A DNA stretch of 64,000 nt, from positions 192,001 through 256,000 of the forward strand of contig CAWVVV010000001.1 of the NCBI GenBank assembly GCA_963933835.1, written 5' to 3'. The position numbers were made by a program, and so were the translations under genes. Position 1 is the first letter of the stretch. The number at the start of each line of letters is the position of its first letter. This DNA is from an uncultured Puniceicoccaceae bacterium (GTDB lineage Bacteria; Verrucomicrobiota; Verrucomicrobiia; Opitutales; Oceanipulchritudinaceae). Shown here piece by piece: positions 8,691-18,297 of the stretch. A model generated the notes under the pieces. It saw only the letters and a program-made list of their open reading frames with translations. It was not told the origin of the DNA and made no database searches.

Positions 8691-10838
8691 TCACTGTTCG
8701 ACAAATGAACGATAACGTTTCCGCCATTCTTTGAGTTTCTTTAGATATGCCCCAGGATCGTAGGGGCACGTCACCGGATCGAAATGTTCGAGCGGATGGG
8801 CTCGCTGCCAGTCAGCTGTCTGTCCCTTGGATCTTGGCCCGATGAAGTAGCTCACCTTGTCGCCTGATCGAGGGGTGGGTTCAATCTTGAGCGCCACTTC
8901 GAGCGACGCCCGGCGCGGCTTTCCACCTGCCGCAATCTTCTCAGCATAAGCACTTGGGTTCATACTCAGGTATTCGCTCTTAAGAAGGCGCACCACCGGC
9001 ATCGAGCTCTCTTCAATCTGCTCAGCAAAGCGCTGCCAACACGTCAGCACTGGTTCATCCTCTAACCCTAGAAGGTGCGAAATCAAGTGGTGCGTAAGAT
9101 CCTTCAGAAACGGCTCCGTTGCCCGTGATCGCAGCGCCGAACCTCTTACCCGAATCTGGTCTCCCTCACGCAGAGCATAGTTCTTCGCCTTGTAGCAAAA
9201 CATCCGCTCATAGCGGCCATCGAATTCCAGTTCGATCCCTTCGGGCAGGGTCGCTTGCGCAGCCGCTAGAAGCAACTTTGGTGCCTCGAAGTCATCGCCC
9301 GCCTGCACATAGAGCCCATCTGTGTCAGCCTCTAGGACGGAGTGGCCGTTCTCCTCAAACCAAGCAATGAGTCCCTGAAGAAGCTCCCGACCACGCAACG
9401 TCACCTCGGCCGCAAGATCTCCGTCCGCAAAACGTGCGCCTGCAAACCCCAGATACCCATAGAATGAATTGATCAGGATCTTAAAACTGTTTTGGCGCGC
9501 ATCAAACTCAGCTTTCACCGCAGGATCCGTCGCTGTCCGTGCCTTCTCCTTATACTCTAGGCGATAAGCTCGCAGCTCTTTGAGCAAAGGAATCATCGCC
9601 CCAAGACTGTCATTCACTGGGTCACGGCCGATCTGGATAAGCAGGCTCGGGTAGAGTGATGCAACGTCGAAGTGTAGGACATTTTCGAATACACCTTCGC
9701 CAAACGATTTTGAAAATCCTCCAGCAAACGGAGCTACCCCGCCCGGGATTGAGAGCGCAGCTTCACCACGGAAATACTTCTCCACCATGAGGAGATCTAC
9801 CTTTGCACCGGTACCGCGCAGCAAGGCTTCTTGGAGCAAAATCGGAAAACTCTGACACTGAGCAACGTAGGTCGGAAGAAGACGGTCTGCGAGACCGGCA
9901 GTCTCACGTAGGTCATCGGCAAGGTAACGATCAAAAGCCTCTGGGTCTTCGCGGAAGGCATCCTGGATTTTGTCTCCCGGTAGATAGGTGCGATCATCAC
10001 TCTCCGTCGTGATACCAAAATACTGAGCGGCCACCTTTAGACCATAGCTCGGCAGATCGCGCTTAGACACGTCCCAGAGCTGAAGGGCCATGAGCGTATC
10101 GACAACAGTGCGCCCTGGTATGTCGCAGCGCAAAAAATCAAGCTGTCGCTCCGCAACGCGCTGGCGACTGGATCGAAAGCGCGCGAGCTCGCCCTCACGC
10201 CCCCACGCCATTTTCACCCGGTAGCGCCGGCAGCGGGTGCGGAGATATGCCAAGTCGAAGTTAAAGATATTATGCCCCTCGATCGTGTCTGGGTCTGCCT
10301 CTTGCAGAGCCACGTCCAAGTCCTTGAGCAAGTTGAGCTCGGCAGCATCACTCTCCTCTTCTAGACGTAGAATCCGCGGCGACTCTTCATGCGAGAAACG
10401 TAGTCCAATCGCTAATACACGATCGCCCGGTCGAGTGGCATCAGGAAAATTATACGGAGGTGTTGTCGCGACTTCGATATCGAGTTGGCACCGACGCAGT
10501 TCAGAAAAGCGCATGCCGCCAAAGAGCCTCTCTCCGGAGCGTAGGAGCCATTGCTGTTCGAGCGGTTTGACCACCTCGCCAGAGCGCCCAACCGCCTTAA
10601 TCCCTTCTTTCGCCTCCGCGACGGACGAAAAATCAACGCGGCTATCGAGCTCGCCCTCGCCTGCCAAGGGCACCGCGTTCCCGGGTATCTCGGCCGCGAG
10701 TTCAGATGCGCACCAGAGAAAGGGTCTAAAGGCTGCCGTCTCAATCGACGTCGCTCCAGCGCATTCACCACGCCGAGCGACCTTCATCTGGTCGTCACTA
10801 TCAATCCATAGGCCAACGATTGGAGCCGATTCACTCAT
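8691..10838 (-). CDS. polB: Family B DNA polymerase with 3'-5' exonuclease
   Basis: ExoI LDIEV, ExoII GHNIFNFDL, ExoIII YLADD; motif A FDVASLYPS, motif B KILINSFYGYLG, motif C ADTDG. Confidence 0.92.
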   Translation of the reverse strand: MSESAPIVGLWIDSDDQMKVARRGECAGATSIETAAFRPFLWCASELAAEIPGNAVPLAGEGELDSRVDFSSVAEAKEGIKAVGRSGEVVKPLEQQWLLRSGERLFGGMRFSELRRCQLDIEVATTPPYNFPDATRPGDRVLAIGLRFSHEESPRILRLEEESDAAELNLLKDLDVALQEADPDTIEGHNIFNFDLAYLRTRCRRYRVKMAWGREGELARFRSSRQRVAERQLDFLRCDIPGRTVVDTLMALQLWDVSKRDLPSYGLKVAAQYFGITTESDDRTYLPGDKIQDAFREDPEAFDRYLADDLRETAGLADRLLPTYVAQCQSFPILLQEALLRGTGAKVDLLMVEKYFRGEAALSIPGGVAPFAGGFSKSFGEGVFENVLHFDVASLYPSLLIQIGRDPVNDSLGAMIPLLKELRAYRLEYKEKARTATDPAVKAEFDARQNSFKILINSFYGYLGFAGARFADGDLAAEVTLRGRELLQGLIAWFEENGHSVLEADTDGLYVQAGDDFEAPKLLLAAAQATLPEGIELEFDGRYERMFCYKAKNYALREGDQIRVRGSALRSRATEPFLKDLTHHLISHLLGLEDEPVLTCWQRFAEQIEESSMPVVRLLKSEYLSMNPSAYAEKIAAGGKPRRASLEVALKIEPTPRSGDKVSYFIGPRSKGQTADWQRAHPLEHFDPVTCPYDPGAYLKKLKEWRKRYRSFVEQ

Positions 10839-10945
10839 CCTAAAAACCTACCGAATATTTGCCCTCACGCAACCGCCAAGACGGATCATTACCAACATAT
10901 TGATCAAGATGAAACGTAGTCGCTAAACTCATACATTGCGGGGTC

Positions 10946-11443
10946 TCATTCGGGCGCTTGACGTTTTTTCAACCAGCGTGAGACGCGCTCCTTCGCTCCA
11001 CCTTCACCACTCTCTGCCCCATCCCCGAAGACATCATCTCCATCCCCGTCGAGGATGTCGCCATACTGTTCTTCGAGCTTCTCGGGATCTTCGCCTCGTT
11101 CAAGACGTTCGACCATCTCTCGCATTGGGCCCGGTAGCTTTTCGCCCGTTAGATCACTCATCCGGCGCATGAGCTGTCCGAGTTGGCGTGGATCTGGGTT
11201 CTCTTCGTCGATGCCTCCCATCTCACTTTCAAGTTGGGCCATCGCAGCCTCCATTTTCGGATCATCAGAGTCAGCGTCGCCCTCTTCTCGACCTGTCGTA
11301 ACAGCGAAACTTGAGACCTGGCGCTCCATGAGCGCCTTCGGGTCATCGGGGCAGCGTGGCGTCTTGTCGGTCGAGCTGAGACTACGAGCGAAGAAGCTGT
11401 AGATCTTGTGCGTATCAGGGGAGTAAAACTCGTAGATCGGCAT
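10946..11443 (-). CDS. FmdB-family regulatory protein (degenerate zinc ribbon)
   Basis: MPIYEFY start, PRCP, DEENPDPRQLGQLMRRM and RLERGEDPEKLEE. Confidence 0.7.
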   Translation of the reverse strand: MPIYEFYSPDTHKIYSFFARSLSSTDKTPRCPDDPKALMERQVSSFAVTTGREEGDADSDDPKMEAAMAQLESEMGGIDEENPDPRQLGQLMRRMSDLTGEKLPGPMREMVERLERGEDPEKLEEQYGDILDGDGDDVFGDGAESGEGGAKERVSRWLKKRQAPE

Positions 11444-11472
11444 GAGGCAATCGGAACGCTTTCGGACAGAAG

Positions 11473-12006
11473 CTAGCGCAACCCACCTTGTTGAAAAATC
11501 GTCGCAATAGGCAGGAAGAGCGCAATCACGATGGTCCCGACGATTACGGCAAGAAGGACGATCATGATGGGCTCAATCATGGCGGTCAGGCCGGAGACAG
11601 CTGTATCCAGTTCTTCCTCATAGGTATCAGCGATGCGCTCGCACATTTCACCGAGCTGACCCGTTTCTTCCCCTACCTCGACCATACTCGGAACAAAGGC
11701 GGGGAACACTCCGGAGCGCTCTAGCGGGCGGGCCAAGGTATCACCATCTTTGACTCGCTCACGGACGTCATCGAGCGCCCGTTGAACAACCGTCTGCCCG
11801 ACGACATCTCGCGATATTTGAAGCGCATCCAGAAGAGGCACCCCACTTTCGAAAAGCGTTCCAAAGGTGCGAGCAAAACGGCTCACGGCGAGTCGCTGGG
11901 AAAGTCCTTTGGCCAGCGGTAGACTAAAGACCAAGCGATCCCAAAGCTCCTTGCCGACTTTACTCCGAAGAAAGGACTGACCGCCGACAATCAACGCGAC
12001 TAAACT
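11473..12006 (-). pseudogene. C-terminal fragment of a type II secretion F / PilC-family protein
   Basis: SRFARTFGTLFESGVPLL, MVEVGEETGQL and IEPIMIV...ALFLPI. Only the second T2SSF domain is present. An in-frame TAG lies at 12007-12009 and the fragment abuts the rluA-family gene. Confidence 0.85.
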
Positions 12007-12686
12007 CTATAGGACAAATTCACCTTAAGCCCTAGGCTGTGCACAAGCCTCTCTAAGTCTTCGGCAAGTGGGATTGTCCAGCGTGTGCCTTTTATCCCAA
12101 CCACCGGAGGGATGCTCAACTGATAGGCATGCAAAGCGTGACGGGGATGCTCTGTGGAGGGTTCTGTGCGATACCATTTTTCTCCGACGACGGCATGTCC
12201 GAGATGGGAAAGATGGATACGGATTTGATGGGTACGGCCCGTGTGCAGGGTCGCACGCACAAGCGCATGACCCTGCGCGCGACCTATGACACAAAATGAT
12301 GTCCGTGCTTCTTTTCCGTCAGCACAAACGCCTAGATTATTCGGGCTCAACTCTCCGATTGGAAAGTCCGCTTCCATCGTCTCCCATTCAGGCTGCCCCT
12401 CTACGACGGCGAGATAGATCTTCTGCGTCTCTGGGGTACTCCAGCGAGCCTTGACCTTTTTCACCAGTGCTTTTGAGCGTGTAAACAAGCACACGCCGCT
12501 TGTGTCGGCGTCGAGTTGGTGGAGCGCCCAGACCATCGTTCCAAAGTGCTGGATGAGATGAGCCTGCACGCAGTTCTGATCGTCCAGCGTGAGGCCCGTC
12601 GTTGGGAGTCCCGGTGGCTTAGCGACAACAACGAGGTCGCCATCAAGCTGATGGATGAGGTCCGCTACGTTGTGACTACCGAGCAT
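12000..12686 (-). CDS. RluA-family RNA pseudouridine synthase
   Basis: KPPGL, HQLDADTSG (catalytic Asp), KIYLAVV, TGRTHQIRIHL and ALHAYQL. Confidence 0.9.
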   Translation of the reverse strand: MLGSHNVADLIHQLDGDLVVVAKPPGLPTTGLTLDDQNCVQAHLIQHFGTMVWALHQLDADTSGVCLFTRSKALVKKVKARWSTPETQKIYLAVVEGQPEWETMEADFPIGELSPNNLGVCADGKEARTSFCVIGRAQGHALVRATLHTGRTHQIRIHLSHLGHAVVGEKWYRTEPSTEHPRHALHAYQLSIPPVVGIKGTRWTIPLAEDLERLVHSLGLKVNLSYRV

Positions 12687-12962
12687 GGCTCAGTTGATCT
12701 CAACGCTGAACACGCACGTCAAGCGGATCGAAGAGAAAAGCGGCAGCCAAAAGCGCGAGCTATATACCCAGACCTACCGAATCCAGTAGCTCTGAGCTAT
12801 TCGACTCCAAAGCCGCACGCGCAAATTCGTTCGCAATATGTCCACAGGCAAGAATGCCCCATTGGGTTTTCCCATTCATCAATAAATTGCCAAAAGGCGG
12901 ATGCAGGAACGGGGGGCCTGCTTTCTAGCTGACAGCACCCACCATCCAAGAATGCTAGAGAA

Positions 12963-13199
12963 ATGAGCACGCACGAGAAAAAGTGGATCGCAGACTTACA
13001 ATCCAAGGGGGCCACCACTGCCGCACAAAAGGATGCTCTCGCTAAAATCGGCGACTATATGGAGGAATCTTTTATTCTCAACCTACCCCCTTCACAGGCT
13101 TTGCTCAAAGGCCTCAAAGCATTCGCGAAAAAACCCAAAACAGCCACCGCCCTGAAATCGGAAGCAAACCGACTGATCAAAGCCTACCAAACCCAGTAA
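12963..13199 (+). CDS. Small basic hypothetical protein
   Basis: ATG-started 78 aa helical, Lys/Ala-rich ORF filling an intergenic gap. No family recognised. Confidence 0.55.
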   Translation: MSTHEKKWIADLQSKGATTAAQKDALAKIGDYMEESFILNLPPSQALLKGLKAFAKKPKTATALKSEANRLIKAYQTQ

Positions 13200-13309
13200 C
13201 GAGCGGCCTGATTTTTAGGATCGCCGAAAAGCTAAAATAGGCTATATCCCCTGCATACTGATAAATCTGTCCATTTGTCACACAGTAGCCCCAAACCCGC
13301 CATTTCACG

Positions 13310-14544
13310 ATGTTTTTACAAAATCCCCTCCCTGCCTTCCTGCGTCTTATGACCTCTTCCCAGGGTGTCGTCCTTGCAAGCATCTGCTTGCTCCCATGCC
13401 TGCTCAACGCGCAGTTCACGACGGCAAGCAACGCAACTGGGCTCACGATCACTAGTTACACCGCTGGGGGTGCTAACGTCGTCATCCCAGCCACAATCAA
13501 CGGGCAGGCGGTGACGGGAATCGGAGGAGACGCCTTCCGGGAGAATTTAAATATTACGAGCGTTACCATTCCCAATTCAGTCACTTCTATTGGGGTCCAA
13601 GCCTTTTTATTCTGCAGCAATCTTGGCAGTGTCACGATTGGTAATAGCGTCGAATCAATCGGCAGTGCGGCGTTTTTAGGCTGCACCAGCCTGAATAATG
13701 CAGTGCTTCAAATAGCCTAATAACGATCGGCGACCTCGCTTTCCGTGAGTGTTCCAGCCTAACGAGTATCGTCATACCAAACAGCGTTACGACAATGGGA
13801 GATCAAGTATTCTCCACGTGTAGTAATCTCGCCACCGTAGTTATCGGTGATAAGGTCGAAAGCATTGGCGAGTTTGCTTTTCATAGCTGTGTCAACATGA
13901 GCTCGGTCACCTTCGGCAGCAGCATCACAAGTATCGGTAAACTTGATTTCTTCGACTGCGATTCACTCACTGTCGTAGCGCTCCCAGATAGTGTCACCTC
14001 GATCGGTGAAAGCGCATTCAATGACTGCTCGAACCTCATCAATATCTCGACGGGTGAAAGTTTGGTCGATGTCGGTGATGCTGCCTTCAATCTTTGCACC
14101 CAACTTCAAACCGTCACATTTCCCGCCACCCTTGAGACGATCGGTGAATCTGCTTTCGCCTTCTGCGTGAATCTCGATAAAATTTATGCCGCCGGTAACG
14201 CTCCCGCTTTCAACGAATTCAACACCTTTGCTGGAGCGGAAGCCGCAACCGTCTACTACTTCGCCGACACGAGCGGCTGGGGACCACTCCTCGGCACCCT
14301 ATCGACGGAAGTGCTCCCAGAAATCGTCACCACCGATGGCAACTTCGGAGTGAGCAACAATGAGTTTGGCTTTACCGTTGTCGGGGATGCAGGACAGGAA
14401 GCAATCGTCCAAGTGAGCACAGACTTTGTCTCCACGAGCTGGGTCGAAGCAGGTCGGATCGTTTTAACGAATGGCTCCGGTTTCTTCGTTGATGCCAACT
14501 GGACCGCGCTGTCTGGCCGCTACTACCGCATTGTCTGGCCTTAA
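13310..14544 (+). pseudogene. BspA-type leucine-rich-repeat (LRR_5) surface protein split by a frameshift
   Basis: Repeats of xTIPNSVTSIGxxAFxxCxxL in both ORFs. Adding one C near 13709 restores VLPNSLITIGDLAFRECSSLTSIVIPNSVTTMG and joins them. Confidence 0.85.
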
Positions 14545-14570
14545 AGAGGGATCAGCGAGGTCTTAGGCAC

Positions 14571-15704
14571 TCAGCTAGAAGGCGTCTCATCGTCCTCTTC
14601 CCCAACATACATGCAGTCGCGATATTCATCAGCTGAATAGGCAGACTGTCCCCAGTGCCATGTATCCAAGTCATACCAATGCTCTGCGCCAATTGTCATA
14701 TCGAGGATATCGCCGGCCTTTAAGTCGATTTGCTCTGTGCGTAAGACACGATAGCCCCAATGGGGTGCTCGCCCCGAATCGATGGGACTCGTTGAGAGGA
14801 CGAGGTCCTCATCAACGATCGCTTTGAAATATACGGCATAGCCATCCATTCGGCCCGCTTTCACGACCGCTGAAGCTAGGCTCATTTCGAGCGGCAGCTC
14901 ATTCTCACGCAGCGTATGTAGATCGAAGCTGAGGAGTGGGACAGGATCGCAGAGAAAGTGCTCAATGAGAGACTGATCCGTCTCGGGAAACACGTAGTAG
15001 CCAGCATCTTGTGCCTGCTTATCTTTGAGCGGACTAAAATCGAAACCCTCGACGTTGAGCTCCCAGATATAGGGGACGACTCGGCTATCCCTAATTTGAA
15101 TCGGCTCACAGTAGAGCTCGAACCGGGCGGGTAAGATTCGACCACCCTCTTTGAGCAAGCGGTCGCGAAGATCCGTGACATTCGCCACCATATCCTCGTC
15201 AAAAAGGATGTCTCCCATCTGCTCGTGAAGGATGACGTCGACCCGCTCATCGAGCTTGAAGTCCTTACTGTGAATGTCGTGAAACTGAACCCCTTCGATA
15301 CCATTGTGCGCAGCGAGGGCTCTCGCGTGCTCGATGATATCAGAGTGATCTAGGGCGTGGATCTGCGATGCCTTTTGCCACGAAGCGAAGGCGGAGAGAA
15401 TACCTGTGCCCGTCCCCAGATCGATCACCCTGTCACCCTCATGAATGTGCCTCCGAATCATCTCCCGGTAGAAATTCATCCGCGGTTTATCCGCTAGCAT
15501 CTGCTCCTGCTCACCAAACTGAGCAAAGACCCGCTTATTGTTCTCCGGATAGGGGTCTTTCTTTTTCGGAAGCTCTAAGAGGTCTTCCTCTTCGATATAG
15601 GCTCGGCGCTTCTTGGCCTTAAAGCCTTTCTTCTTTTCCCGAGCAAAGCCATCGGCCGCATTGGCCGAGTTTTTATCAGACTTCTTTTTAGATGAGTGCG
15701 CCAT
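14571..15704 (-). CDS. Protein arginine methyltransferase (PRMT)-like SAM-dependent methyltransferase
   Basis: QMLADKPRMNFY, VIDLGTGTGILSAFA, VDVILHEQMGDILFDEDM (double-E loop), LLKEGGRILP, NVEGFDFSPL and LSTSP...PHW. Confidence 0.82.
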   Translation of the reverse strand: MAHSSKKKSDKNSANAADGFAREKKKGFKAKKRRAYIEEEDLLELPKKKDPYPENNKRVFAQFGEQEQMLADKPRMNFYREMIRRHIHEGDRVIDLGTGTGILSAFASWQKASQIHALDHSDIIEHARALAAHNGIEGVQFHDIHSKDFKLDERVDVILHEQMGDILFDEDMVANVTDLRDRLLKEGGRILPARFELYCEPIQIRDSRVVPYIWELNVEGFDFSPLKDKQAQDAGYYVFPETDQSLIEHFLCDPVPLLSFDLHTLRENELPLEMSLASAVVKAGRMDGYAVYFKAIVDEDLVLSTSPIDSGRAPHWGYRVLRTEQIDLKAGDILDMTIGAEHWYDLDTWHWGQSAYSADEYRDCMYVGEEDDETPSS

Positions 15705-15731
15705 GGATAAGGGTCTAAGTAATCGTATGAA

Positions 15732-16679
15732 TTAATTCACTACGTTCAGGACAGCTTCAATCTCGCTGCGCTTGGGCGCAGATAGTTGAGCACCGGGAAC
15801 CGTCACCGAGTGGGCGGCAGCAGCATTCGCAAAGCGGACGGCATCTTTCAAATCGCTTCCCTCCGCTAGGGCAACCGCGAGAGCCCCATTGAACACATCC
15901 CCTGCTGCCACTGTATCGACGGCGGCGACTGCAAATGCAGGGACTAGATAGCATCCATCAGCCTGCGACACGAAAGCCCCTTGATCACCAAGGGTAAGAA
16001 CGATCGTCTCGACGCCACGCTTTCGCAGGGCGGACGCAGCACGCTCGGCATCATCGACACTCTTAATAGCAATGCCTGTCAGCAGCTCCGCTTCGGTCTC
16101 GTTGGGGGTCAGGATCGAAACCATTCTCATCAACGAATCTGGGAGCGACTGGGCAGGCGCTGGGTTCAGGATAAGACGGACATTCTTCTCTCTCGCGAGT
16201 TCAGCAGCCGCCACAACGGTCTCTAGCGGCACCTCAAGCTGGAGAAGTAAAACGGAAGCCGTTTCAAACGCAGCAGCCGATGCGACCACATCGTCGGGTG
16301 AGAGCTGAGCATTCGCGCCGGACGCAACCCCGATTGAGTTTTCTCCCGTCTCTGCGACAAAGATCAGCCCGACACCTGTCGGTGTTTTAGAATCACGGAC
16401 AACAAATGATGTATCGATGTCGTCGGCCTTAAATCCTTCGAAGATTTCGTCACCATGGTGATCGGCTCCGAGACGCCCAACGAAAGTCAAATCCGCTCCA
16501 GCGCGCGCCGCCGCCACAGCTTGATTCGCACCCTTACCACCTGGACAGGTCAAGAATTCACCGCCTAAAATCGTCTCACCAACCTTCGGAATACGCTCGA
16601 GATAGATCGTCATATCCATTCCGGAACTCCCCACGACAAGGACCTTTGGTCTAGCTCCGTCAGAATGGCTCATGGGCAA
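15732..16679 (-). CDS. rbsK: Ribokinase
   Basis: PGGKGANQAVAAAR, LNPAPA, TPNETEA and DTVAAGDVFNG. Confidence 0.93.
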   Translation of the reverse strand: MPMSHSDGARPKVLVVGSSGMDMTIYLERIPKVGETILGGEFLTCPGGKGANQAVAAARAGADLTFVGRLGADHHGDEIFEGFKADDIDTSFVVRDSKTPTGVGLIFVAETGENSIGVASGANAQLSPDDVVASAAAFETASVLLLQLEVPLETVVAAAELAREKNVRLILNPAPAQSLPDSLMRMVSILTPNETEAELLTGIAIKSVDDAERAASALRKRGVETIVLTLGDQGAFVSQADGCYLVPAFAVAAVDTVAAGDVFNGALAVALAEGSDLKDAVRFANAAAAHSVTVPGAQLSAPKRSEIEAVLNVVN

Positions 16680-16745
16680 AAAGAAGTATCAATAAGCACA
16701 CTCCAGTCGACTTGAAAAGACTGCTCGTCGCGAAGATCGCAACGC

Positions 16746-17432
16746 CTATGCCTTATCCTGCTCCGGGGCAGAATCATTCCGAATATGGCGGGCATCTTCT
16801 GCTGTTTTGAAGTAGATCACTTCCTCGGCCAAGTTCGTCGAATGATCGGCAATGCGCTCGATAGACTTACTGATAAAGATGAGGTCGATACAGCTATCGA
16901 TATCGTCAGGGTCATTTTTCGCAGTTTCGATGATGGCGCGAATGTTTGCTTTGTTCAGTTTATCGACGGCAGCGTCTTCGTCGAGAATGGCACGTGCACC
17001 CTTAGCATCCTCATTGATGAAACAGAGGAGCGCACGATTGATCATGTCGAGCGCTTGATTCGACATCTTCTCGAGCTTGTAAAATTCCTTTTGGACACCC
17101 TTACGATTTAAGATGCGGCGGGTCTTTTTAGCGATGCTCTTAGCTTCATCTCCGACGCGTTCGAGGTCATGTGAGGCCTTAATCGCAACCGTAATGATCC
17201 GCAAATCTGAGGCTACCGGAGAGCGAAGCGTAAGGTATCGTGTCGCCTCCAAATCGATCGTGAGCTCGAGGTCATCGATTGCGTAGTCTGCAGCAATGAC
17301 GGCTTCTGATAGCATAATCTCATTTTCGAGAAAGCCTCTCATTGCCTTGCGCACGGCTTCAACGGCCAAAGAACCCATCAGGGTAATATGTGAGCGAAGG
17401 GTTTCTAGTTCAGAATGAAAATATCGATCCAC
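16746..17432 (-). CDS. phoU: Phosphate signalling protein PhoU
   Basis: PVASDLR, DLERVGD and IERIADHSTNLAEEVIY; last gene of the pst operon. Confidence 0.95.
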   Translation of the reverse strand: MDRYFHSELETLRSHITLMGSLAVEAVRKAMRGFLENEIMLSEAVIAADYAIDDLELTIDLEATRYLTLRSPVASDLRIITVAIKASHDLERVGDEAKSIAKKTRRILNRKGVQKEFYKLEKMSNQALDMINRALLCFINEDAKGARAILDEDAAVDKLNKANIRAIIETAKNDPDDIDSCIDLIFISKSIERIADHSTNLAEEVIYFKTAEDARHIRNDSAPEQDKA

Positions 17433-17504
17433 GTTCTAAAGGGTATGAGTTAAACATGTATTAGGTCCAAGCCTAATTCTTTCGCACTTTAATGATGAAC
17501 ACAA

Positions 17505-18293
17505 TCAACCGAAACGCCCAGTGATGTAAGCCTCGGTCTGTGGTAACTTCGGTCTCATGAAAATATCATCCGTAGGTGAATATTCGATCAATTTGCCGAG
17601 ATAGAAAAAAGCCGTGTTTTGAGAGACCCGAGCAGCCTGCTGCATATTGTGGGTAACGATGACGATGGTGAACTGATTCTTAAGCTCATGTATCAGTTCT
17701 TCAATACGACCCGTCGCAATCGGATCGAGAGCTGAGCATGGCTCGTCCATGAGGATGACCTCTGGCTTATTCGCGATCGCCCGAGCGATACAGACTCGCT
17801 GCATCTGACCACCCGAGAGGCCGAGGGCACTTTGATGGAGGCGGTCCTTCACTTCATCCCAAAGAGCGGCTCCCCGCAGGCTTTCTTCGACGATGCGATC
17901 GAGGTCAGATTTTTTCGTGCGACCGGCGACGCGCAGTCCATAGACGACATTTTCATAAATCGACTTTGGAAATGGGTTCGACTTCTGAAAGACCATCCCA
18001 ATGCGCTTACGCAGCGAAATAACTTCCAAAAGTGGATTGAAAACACTTTCGCCATTGATCCGTATATCACCCTTTGAATTGGCTCCATCGATGAGGTCAT
18101 TCATACGGTTGATACTGCGCAAAAGAGTCGATTTTCCACAACCAGAGGGGCCAATGAAGGCCGTTACTTGCTCCTTTGGAATATCGAGGTTGATATCATA
18201 GAGAACTTGGTTCTGCCCATAGGAGAAATCGAAGTTCTCGATTTGGATGAACGTCTCCGAGTCTGAAGCGGTATTTGAGGAAGTCGGTTCCAT
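17505..18293 (-). CDS. pstB: Phosphate ABC transporter ATPase
   Basis: [43 protein letters not shown] and YITGRFG. Confidence 0.96.
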   Translation of the reverse strand: MEPTSSNTASDSETFIQIENFDFSYGQNQVLYDINLDIPKEQVTAFIGPSGCGKSTLLRSINRMNDLIDGANSKGDIRINGESVFNPLLEVISLRKRIGMVFQKSNPFPKSIYENVVYGLRVAGRTKKSDLDRIVEESLRGAALWDEVKDRLHQSALGLSGGQMQRVCIARAIANKPEVILMDEPCSALDPIATGRIEELIHELKNQFTIVIVTHNMQQAARVSQNTAFFYLGKLIEYSPTDDIFMRPKLPQTEAYITGRFG

Positions 18294-18297
18294 GATA

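Noticed and set aside
7375..10838. Prophage or self-replicating element (tRNA-adjacent, with PolB)
   Set aside because: No integrase, capsid, terminase or terminal repeats; the neighbours are ordinary chromosomal genes.
14571..15704. Annotation as PrmA (ribosomal L11 lysine methyltransferase)
   Set aside because: It lacks the PrmA N-terminal domain and FGTGxH motif, and has PRMT-type double-E and xHW loops instead.
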